A stretch of 64,000 nucleotides of DNA, taken from an uncultured Acidobacteriaceae bacterium (lineage in GTDB: Bacteria > Acidobacteriota > Terriglobia > Terriglobales > Acidobacteriaceae). The notes below the pieces were generated by a model. That model saw nothing but the letters and a program-made list of their open reading frames with translations. It made no database searches and was not told the origin of the DNA. The position numbers were made by a program, and so were the translations under genes. The DNA lies in the NCBI GenBank assembly GCA_963841335.1, contig CAWJCF010000001.1:2087912-2151911 (forward strand), given 5' to 3'. Of this stretch, positions 57,423 to 64,000 are shown one piece after another; within the stretch, counting starts at the first letter, position 1; each line of letters opens with the position of its first letter.

Positions 57423-58262
57423 TTAGTGGACTTTGCCGGCAGAGTTTTCCAGGACGACGTTGGAGAGGATGGCGGTGTCGGATTTGTCAGGGAGGTGCGA
57501 GCAGAAGCCGATGCCTGCGTAGAAGGGTCCGTCCAGATGGAGGGTGATGGGTGGGCCGAACTGGTGCATGGGTTCGCCTTCAAGGCTGATGAAGATGGCG
57601 AAGTTGTCGCCGCGTTTTTCGAGGCCGATGCGTTTGGGGATGACGGTGACGAGGGAGTCGGGGCTGGCGCCGCCGGGACGGCCGCGGCCTGCGATGCGGA
57701 ATTCGAGGTCAGTGATGCGGGTGTTCTTTTCGGCGCGTTGGGCGAGGTGGACCATGCCGGCTCCGTGGAGGGCGACGATGGCTTCTTTGGAGTCGTCGTC
57801 GAGATTCTGGCGGATGATGAGGAAGGCTTTGCGGTCGTTGTAGCCGTTGGGATCGGGGAAGGCGATGTCGGCTGCGAGGGAGATGTCTCCGGACATTTTC
57901 TTCCAGAGGTAACGGAACTCGTCGCGGGTGTACCAGACGTTGTAGCCGGCGGAGTTGATGGTGTACTGCTTTGTTGCTGCGTCAAAGCTGGCGCTGCCTG
58001 GGACTAGCGGGCCGCCGACATCGGACTGGCCTTCAAAGATGCCGATGGGGGTGTTGAAGGTTTGGGTGGGGCGGTGGAAGTCTGGCGGCGGGGCTACCTG
58101 AGTGTGGGTTGCGGAGCCGGGCTGGGCCCAGTCGGGTGCCGAGGGTTTGGTCTGAGCGAGTGCTTGGATGTGGAGGACGTGCGGCGCCGCGCATAGCATC
58201 AGGGCCAGCAGCGAGAGTCGGCGGGTGAGTTTTGTAGCGGGGCGTAGTAGGCGATGGCGCAT
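57423..58262 (-). CDS. secreted ConA-like lectin/glucanase-fold protein (family uncertain)
   Basis: Signal peptide ...LSLLALMLCAAPHVLHIQALAQT and a beta-rich sequence ending ...GIGFCSH..DKSDTAILSNVVLE. Its start lies 14 nt downstream of the stop of the preceding same-strand gene (58277..59392). Confidence 0.6.
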   Translation of the reverse strand: MRHRLLRPATKLTRRLSLLALMLCAAPHVLHIQALAQTKPSAPDWAQPGSATHTQVAPPPDFHRPTQTFNTPIGIFEGQSDVGGPLVPGSASFDAATKQYTINSAGYNVWYTRDEFRYLWKKMSGDISLAADIAFPDPNGYNDRKAFLIIRQNLDDDSKEAIVALHGAGMVHLAQRAEKNTRITDLEFRIAGRGRPGGASPDSLVTVIPKRIGLEKRGDNFAIFISLEGEPMHQFGPPITLHLDGPFYAGIGFCSHLPDKSDTAILSNVVLENSAGKVH

Positions 58263-58276
58263 AGTAGAGATTACTG

Positions 58277-59392
58277 CTATTTCGCTTTCTCGAGGGCCAG
58301 CACGGCATAGGCCGTCGCGGCATCGTTCATAAAGAGGCTCGCGTCGCTATTCGGCTCACGATTCTTGTTGACCGAGGAGGCGTACCAGGCACCGTCCTTC
58401 TGCTGGTGGCTTGCGAGCCAGGCGAGTCCGCGGCGCAGTGCCTGGTCGGATATTCCTGATTCTTCCATAGCGAGTACGGCGAGCCCTGTTGCATACCCGT
58501 CGCTCCCAATTGGTTCGGGGGAGTGGTCGACCCTTTCCCGATGGTCCAGCGAGGCCGTCCTCCATCCTCCATCTGCCTCCTGATTGCTGCGGACGGCCTC
58601 GAGCAGGGTTTCGCGCTCGGCTCCAGTCAGCAATCCGGAGGTTTTTGGGGACGCCCACAGGATGTAGAGCTGGTTCAAGACCGGCTGCGATGCATACTGC
58701 CGCTGCAGATACTCACGGAGCCGATCGAGATGCAGCCGAACATTCGGCTCCTTGGCGTATCCGTTGGGAGCGTTCACGGTCTCGACCATCAGGAGCGCCG
58801 CCCCCTGGTAGCCGGACTCGGACGACTCCCAGGGACCGAGGTGGAAGTTCTGCCATTTCCATCCGCCGGACAGGTCTCCGGTTTCCTCCTGGAGTGCCCA
58901 CGCTTCCTCGAATGCGGTGCGCGTGACCGGACGCAGATTCCCCTGCCGGGCGTCGACGCTGGCAAGGATTATGGCGTTGAGGACTGCCTCTGTCGCACGA
59001 GACTCGGCGGTCTTGCCGGGGCCGTGCTTTGCATCGCTATAGAACGTCTCCATCTCGGACCAGTGGGTGACGCGCTTCTCCACACTGTCCATCATGATCC
59101 TTTCGGGCGCGGTCATCCCGCTCTCGCTTAGCTCTCGCTGCAGCCCTGGCCGCGCCATCGCATACGGCACATTGGTATGGCAGGAGATGCAGATCGTGCC
59201 GTGGTCTTTCTGGGCTCGCGGCCACTCCTGCCACCAGACTTCGCGATCATCAAGATAGTGCGCGGCGCTCTGCCGGTTCCAACTGAGCGAAGAGTGTGAG
59301 GAGAAACCCTGCACCGGCACCGCTCTCCATAGACCAACCATCGCGAGAGTTCCACCAAGGAACAGATATGTCCCGACGACTCTGATTTTCAT
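58277..59392 (-). CDS. secreted protein with one CxxCH motif plus prenyltransferase/squalene-cyclase-like alpha/alpha-toroid repeats
   Basis: Signal/anchor MKIRVVGTYLFLGGTLAMVGLW, a CISCH motif, and later repeats of the type Q.ADGGW and QQKDGAWY. Confidence 0.65.
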   Translation of the reverse strand: MKIRVVGTYLFLGGTLAMVGLWRAVPVQGFSSHSSLSWNRQSAAHYLDDREVWWQEWPRAQKDHGTICISCHTNVPYAMARPGLQRELSESGMTAPERIMMDSVEKRVTHWSEMETFYSDAKHGPGKTAESRATEAVLNAIILASVDARQGNLRPVTRTAFEEAWALQEETGDLSGGWKWQNFHLGPWESSESGYQGAALLMVETVNAPNGYAKEPNVRLHLDRLREYLQRQYASQPVLNQLYILWASPKTSGLLTGAERETLLEAVRSNQEADGGWRTASLDHRERVDHSPEPIGSDGYATGLAVLAMEESGISDQALRRGLAWLASHQQKDGAWYASSVNKNREPNSDASLFMNDAATAYAVLALEKAK

Positions 59393-59556
59393 CAGGGATT
59401 TCCTTCTTGCTTTGAGTTCACGCGCGTCGATGGCTTAGATGGTACTCCAAGGTGATCCGCGAACCGTATCTTTCAAGAAAGAGTTCCTCGATGCTTTGCA
59501 CGAGCGGTCGGGCTTCGATCTCCTCCGGCTCGTTCCTGCTCAGGCTACCGAGAAAG

Positions 59557-60876
59557 TTAAACAGTAACTGGAGTTGATGTTCGCGCGGAGCTCCGGGTGA
59601 GCGCGAGGGAGACGAGGAGCAGGGCGGCGGCGGTGTAGAAGGGAGTGCCGGGGACATGGACTCCGCTGGCGATGGAGACGCTGAAGATGTAGGTGAAGAA
59701 GCCGGGGCCGAGGAGTCCGGCGATGCCGCGGAGGCTGTTGATGGCTCCTTGTAGCTGGCCTTGTTCGGAGGGGCTGGTCATGCGGGAGAGAAGGCTTTGG
59801 GCAGCCGGCCAGGTGAGGGTCATCATGTTGAGGAAGGGGATGCCGAGCCAAAGGAGAAGACCGGTTTTGGAGAGGCCGATCATGGAGTAGCCGATGATGC
59901 CGCCGGTGAGGCCGAGGGTCATGGCTCCGCGCTCGCCGATCTTTGCGACTACGGGTTTGACGAGAAGCGCGCCGTAGACGATGGTGCAGATTCCGACGAC
60001 CGCGAGGGAGAAGCCGACGGTGCGGTCGGTCCAGTGGTAGCGGTAATCGGCGTAGATGACGTAGACGTTCATCAAAACCTGCTGGGCGATGTATCCAAGG
60101 AGCAGGATCGTGGCGATGACGATCATGCCGCCGTGACGAAGCAGGGTGAGAGAGCCGATGGGATTGGCGCGAGTCCAGGAAAATGGGCTTCGGTTTTCTT
60201 TGGAGAGAGATTCGGGGAGGACGAAGAGGCCGTAAAGTCCATTGACGAGCGAGAGGCCGCCTGCGACCCAGAACGGAAGGCGTGGGTTGATGTTCCCGAG
60301 GAGGCCACCGATGGCGGGACCGAGGACGAAGCCGGCTCCGAAGGCTGCGTTCAACATGCCGAAGGCGGCGGCGCGGCGCTCGCGTGGGGTGACATCGGCC
60401 ATGTAGGCCATTGCCGTGGGGATGCTGGAGGAGGTGAGGCCGGAGATGATGCGTCCGAGGAAGAGCCAGTTAAGTGTAGGGGCCCACGCCATGACGAGGT
60501 AGTCGAGGCCGAGGCCGAAGTTGGAGAGAAGGACGAGGGGGCGGCGGCCGAAGCGGTCTGACAGCGAGCCAACGATGGGGGAGAAGAAGAATTGCATAGC
60601 GGCGAAGACGGTTCCGAAGAGGCCGAGCATTCTGGCTGCGCTGGAGGTGTCGCCGTGGAGGAAGCCTTCGATGAGGCGCGGGAGGACGGGAGCGATCATG
60701 CCGAGGGCGAGCATGTCTAGGGTGACGGTGAAGAAGATAAAGGCGGCGGCGGCACGGCGGCCTTTGGGCGGGTGCGGTGTGAGGGCCTCGCCGGGGGCGA
60801 TGAGCTCGGGCTCGGTGAGAAGGGGGTTGCTGTCCTCGACATCGAGCGGGGGCGGATTTTGTGGGGTATCCGGCAT
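59557..60876 (-). CDS. MFS transporter (TetA/TCR-like, 12 TM)
   Basis: Motif A-like [14 protein letters not shown] plus 12 predicted helices. Confidence 0.85.
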   Translation of the reverse strand: MPDTPQNPPPLDVEDSNPLLTEPELIAPGEALTPHPPKGRRAAAAFIFFTVTLDMLALGMIAPVLPRLIEGFLHGDTSSAARMLGLFGTVFAAMQFFFSPIVGSLSDRFGRRPLVLLSNFGLGLDYLVMAWAPTLNWLFLGRIISGLTSSSIPTAMAYMADVTPRERRAAAFGMLNAAFGAGFVLGPAIGGLLGNINPRLPFWVAGGLSLVNGLYGLFVLPESLSKENRSPFSWTRANPIGSLTLLRHGGMIVIATILLLGYIAQQVLMNVYVIYADYRYHWTDRTVGFSLAVVGICTIVYGALLVKPVVAKIGERGAMTLGLTGGIIGYSMIGLSKTGLLLWLGIPFLNMMTLTWPAAQSLLSRMTSPSEQGQLQGAINSLRGIAGLLGPGFFTYIFSVSIASGVHVPGTPFYTAAALLLVSLALTRSSARTSTPVTV

Positions 60877-61083
60877 AACTGAGACTGAGCGACGGTTTGA
60901 GGGCTAGTCTACGTGAGGTTTTTCGAGATTTCTTGGAGATTTCGGCACTAATTTACTCTCGGCCGAGTCCCTGTGGGATAGGGTACGTCTGAGAGACCAG
61001 GCGGTCGGCGCGCTCGGGAGCGGTCCTGTTCTATTCGTGGGTGGGGAATGATTCTCCCGGTAACTGGCGGCAGGAGTGAGAAG

Positions 61084-61893
61084 ATGCGTGTTGGACGATG
61101 GCTGATGGGGTTGCTGTGCCTGATGGCGCTGGGGGCTGCGCAGGCTCAGGGCTCGGATGACGCACGAAAGATTGTGGATACGATGCTGGCGCATGAAGGC
61201 GATCCGGCGGAGCATCGCTATAAGTACATGTATGTGTCGGAGGAGCGGTCTGAGAGGACCGGTGGGCATCTGTGGAAGGAGCAGGTGGTGGAGACGGAGC
61301 GGGGGAAGGTTCGGCTGCTGCTGGAGGAGGATGGAAAGCTGTTGAGTCCGTCGCGCGTGGCGGCGGAGAAGGCGAAGCTGGCGAATATCGCGGCACATCC
61401 GGATGCGTTTCAGAGGCGCGAGCAGGCGACGAACAACGATGAGCAGCACGCGGAGGAGATGCTGGTGCTGCTGGGGAAGGCTTTCCTGTTTGATGAGCCC
61501 CGCCTGGAGGGTGGGGACTTGAGGATTCCGTACCGCCCGGATCCGGCATATCAGCCAAAGACGATTGAGGAGAAGGTGCTCCATGCGATGTCGGGATGGG
61601 TGCTGGTGGATGAGAAGACGATGCAGCTGCACCGGATTGAGGGAAAGATTCCAACGGATTTAAGTCTGGGCTATGGAATCTTAGGGACGATTCATGCGGG
61701 AAGCAGCTTTGCGACGGCGCATGAGATGGAGCCGGGTGGTGAGTGGAAGGATGCGATGGTGAATACGTCGATCGAAGGCAAAGCGATGCTTTTTAAGGAG
61801 ATTGGCAGGAATGAGCAGATGGTGCATCGGGAGTTCCAACGGCTGGCAGACAATATCAGTGTTGCCGAGGCGGTGGCGCTGCTGATGCGGTGA
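61084..61893 (+). CDS. secreted protein of unknown function
   Basis: ATG 61084 has AGGAG upstream. Signal peptide MRVGRWLMGLLCLMALGAAQAQG. No family recognised. Confidence 0.6.
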   Translation: MRVGRWLMGLLCLMALGAAQAQGSDDARKIVDTMLAHEGDPAEHRYKYMYVSEERSERTGGHLWKEQVVETERGKVRLLLEEDGKLLSPSRVAAEKAKLANIAAHPDAFQRREQATNNDEQHAEEMLVLLGKAFLFDEPRLEGGDLRIPYRPDPAYQPKTIEEKVLHAMSGWVLVDEKTMQLHRIEGKIPTDLSLGYGILGTIHAGSSFATAHEMEPGGEWKDAMVNTSIEGKAMLFKEIGRNEQMVHREFQRLADNISVAEAVALLMR

Positions 61894-61978
61894 TAGCTTT
61901 CGATGGGCCGGCGGGGAACTTGACGGGTCAGCCTGCGTAGTCGATGTTGTACGAATACTCCTTTCACTTGTAGGTGGC

Positions 61979-63565
61979 ATGGAATCGGAAACGACGGTAC
62001 AGAGACAGACAGATCTGCGGTCGATTCTTTGGCTTTGCGCTGGCTTCGCGGCGCTGAAGCTGGCTATTCAGATTGCAGGCAATGTCCTGGCGCAACATGC
62101 CGGGTATGGAATCTTTCGCGACGAACTGTATTACCTGGTTTGCGGGCGGCGGCTTGCGTTTGGGTATGTGGATCAGCCACCGCTGGTTGCGTTGCAGGCG
62201 CGTGTGAGCGAGATGTTGTTTGGGCATGGGACGATGTGGTCGCTGCGGCTGATCTCGGGCTTGGCGGGCGCGGCGAAGGTGTTTTTGACCGGCTTGTTGG
62301 CTTGGACTTTAGGTGGAGGGCGCAGGGCGGCGGCGCTGGCGATGCTGGGGGTGATTGCGGGCGGAGTTTATCTGGGGATCGATGGGTATCTTTCGATGAA
62401 CTCGTTCGATCCTGTCTTCTGGATGGTCTGCGTGTTGGCGCTGATTCGCATTGTTCAGTCGGATTCGCCAAATGAGGTGCGCAATTGGTGGATTGCGTTT
62501 GGAGTCAGCGCGGGGCTGGCTTTTGAGAACAAGGACTCGATTGCGTTTTTTCTGATTGCGATGCTGGTTGCGCTGTTGTTGACGCCGCAGCGGCGGATTC
62601 TTGCGAATCGCTGGTTTGTGGTTGCAGTGGGGCTGATTGTCCTGGTTGCGCTGCCGAATTTTCTCTGGCAGGTACACCATCACTTTCCCACGCTGGAGTG
62701 GCTGCGTGATGTGCAGCACTCGGATAAGGATGTGAAGCTTCCGCCGATGCAGTTTTTCGTTGCGCAGGTGATGACGCTCACGCCGACTAATATTTTTTTG
62801 TGGGGAGCGGGTGTTGTGTGGCTGCTGTTTGGGAAGACGAGTTGGAGCTATCGGTTCCTCGGGGTCTTCTATGTTGTGTTTCTTGCGCTGATGATGGCGC
62901 TGCACGCGAAGGATTATTACCTTGTGCCTGCCTATCCGGTGTTTTTTGCGGCGGGTGGAGTGGCGTTGTTTCGGTGGGCGAAGGGCCTACGGTGGCGTAA
63001 CGGACTTCTGGGCGCACCAGCTGCTGTGCTGGCGGTTGGCGTGGTGCTGTTCCTGCCGTTTTCTGTTCCCGTGCTGGCACCGCAACAGTGGCGGGCTTAT
63101 GCCGAACGGCTTCACTACATTCCTAAGGAGAGCGAGAATCATGCTGCGACTCTATTGCCTCAGTTCTTTACGGATCGTATTGGTTGGGAGGATCTGGTGA
63201 AGCAGTTGTCCGGTATTTTCAACGCATTGCCGAAGGAGGAGCGTGCACGGACCGGGATTCTTGCTTCGAACTATGGGCAGGCGGCTGCGGTCGATGTTCT
63301 GGGGGCAAAGTACGGTCTTCCGCCGGCGATCAGCGGACATCAGAGCTATTGGATGTGGGGACCGCGAGGGTACACCGGCGAGGAGATGATCGTGATCAAC
63401 GATGCGAGCCTCGATGAGATGAATGCGGTTTACGGGTCATGCATCGTTGTGGGTCAACGGAATGGCGTTTACTCGATGCCCTGGGAGCGTGGACCGATTT
63501 ATTTGTGCCGTGGCAGGAAGACGACGTATCAGGCGGATTGGACTGAGATGAAGCATTATCGCTAG
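61979..63565 (+). CDS. ArnT-like glycosyltransferase family 39 (PMT_2) membrane protein (second copy)
   Basis: About 11 TM helices. The first loop has YGIFRDELYYLVCGRRLAFGYVDQPPLV, and the C-terminal domain is soluble. Confidence 0.85.
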   Translation: MESETTVQRQTDLRSILWLCAGFAALKLAIQIAGNVLAQHAGYGIFRDELYYLVCGRRLAFGYVDQPPLVALQARVSEMLFGHGTMWSLRLISGLAGAAKVFLTGLLAWTLGGGRRAAALAMLGVIAGGVYLGIDGYLSMNSFDPVFWMVCVLALIRIVQSDSPNEVRNWWIAFGVSAGLAFENKDSIAFFLIAMLVALLLTPQRRILANRWFVVAVGLIVLVALPNFLWQVHHHFPTLEWLRDVQHSDKDVKLPPMQFFVAQVMTLTPTNIFLWGAGVVWLLFGKTSWSYRFLGVFYVVFLALMMALHAKDYYLVPAYPVFFAAGGVALFRWAKGLRWRNGLLGAPAAVLAVGVVLFLPFSVPVLAPQQWRAYAERLHYIPKESENHAATLLPQFFTDRIGWEDLVKQLSGIFNALPKEERARTGILASNYGQAAAVDVLGAKYGLPPAISGHQSYWMWGPRGYTGEEMIVINDASLDEMNAVYGSCIVVGQRNGVYSMPWERGPIYLCRGRKTTYQADWTEMKHYR

Positions 63566-63589
63566 AGGCGGGTTTGGCAGACCTCAACT

Positions 63590-63725
63590 AGATAAAGACA
63601 AATGCAGGTCCTTCGACTGCGAGGTTCGCAAAGTACGCGAACCCCTTCGCTCAGGATGACACCTTTTCGGGTGACCGATAAGGACAAGCAACGGCAATAA
63701 AGGACAAGCGACGGCAAGAGCGGTA
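63590..63725 (+). repeat. intergenic repeat, type A hairpin module copy 3 (core 63604-63662) plus A/G-rich tract
   Basis: gcaggtccttcgactgcg-aggttcgc-aaagtac-gcgaaccc-cttcgctcaggatgacac, followed by gataaggacaagcaacggcaataaaggacaagcgacggcaagag. Confidence 0.75.
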
Positions 63726-63737
63726 TCGGCGAAGTGG

Positions 63738-64000
63738 TCAGGCTGCGGCGACGCGTTGGACGAGATCGTTTTGTTCTTTCTGGGATTCGGCGCCGATCGT
63801 GAAGGCGTCGAGGACTCCGGTGCTCAGAGCGTAGCGGATAGCTTCAGAGGGTTTGTGGCGCAGGTCCCCCTGGCCGAGAATCTTCATGCCTACGATGGCT
63901 TTTCCCTGAGTGCGCATCTGTTTGATGGTGGTGATGACGGTGTCGGGGTCGGCGTCCATGTGGGAGCCGATGGGGTTGAGGCGGACGAGGTCGACTTCGA
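63738..64000 (-). CDS. aldo/keto reductase family protein, C-terminal part (gene start lies beyond the right edge)
   Basis: ...EVDLVRLNPIGSHMDADPDTVITTIKQMRTQGKAIVGMKILGQGDL... The reading frame stays open to position 64000. Confidence 0.6.
   Translation of the reverse strand, partial: EVDLVRLNPIGSHMDADPDTVITTIKQMRTQGKAIVGMKILGQGDLRHKPSEAIRYALSTGVLDAFTIGAESQKEQNDLVQRVAAA

Noticed and set aside
59418-59657. 79-aa minus-strand ORF between the toroid-protein gene and the MFS gene
   Set aside because: Its 5' half overlaps the 3' end of the MFS gene in another frame, and there is no SD. The non-overlapping part has no start codon of its own.

Overview
High-GC chromosomal segment: hand counts of sample 60-nt lines give about 60% G+C in core genes and 45-47% in two lower-GC patches. 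The gene content (PadR-partner loci, orphan MacB/FtsX permeases, ArnT-like GT39 enzymes, many secreted DUF-type proteins, and an alternative complex III operon joined to a caa3 oxidase operon) resembles an Acidobacteriota (Acidobacteriaceae-like) genome. That taxonomic call is inference only. I support about 55 protein-coding genes, one RNA gene (RNase P RNA, minus strand, about 8171-8641), a few intrinsic terminators, two gene remnants and one large frameshifted gene. I saw no transposase, integrase, tRNA, rRNA or CRISPR array. The centrepiece is a tightly coupled 13-gene respiratory operon (27767-41463): actABCDEF, an uncharacterised membrane protein, SCO1, and coxB, coxA, coxC plus subunit IV. 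The signal least explained by gene annotation is a modular intergenic repeat family found at six loci (about 12.9, 13.7-14.3, 19.0, 26.4, 52.6 and 63.6 kb), always in the same plus-strand orientation. It is built from short hairpin modules that show compensatory base changes between copies, from T-free hexamer-periodic tracts, and at one locus from a 5.4-copy 71-bp tandem array. Other items worth a second look are: a low-GC three-gene orphan cassette between two DUF1801 paralogues (1784-3115); a 1-nt frameshift splitting a ~1540-codon surface protein (about 46317); a rearranged PadR locus (in-frame membrane-module/hydrolase fusion, coding 15-bp repeat, FtsX permease remnant); a CADD/CT610-type putative self-sacrificing pABA synthase; and a CxxCH plus alpha/alpha-toroid secreted protein pair. 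All family assignments come from motif recognition by eye, because no database search was possible.
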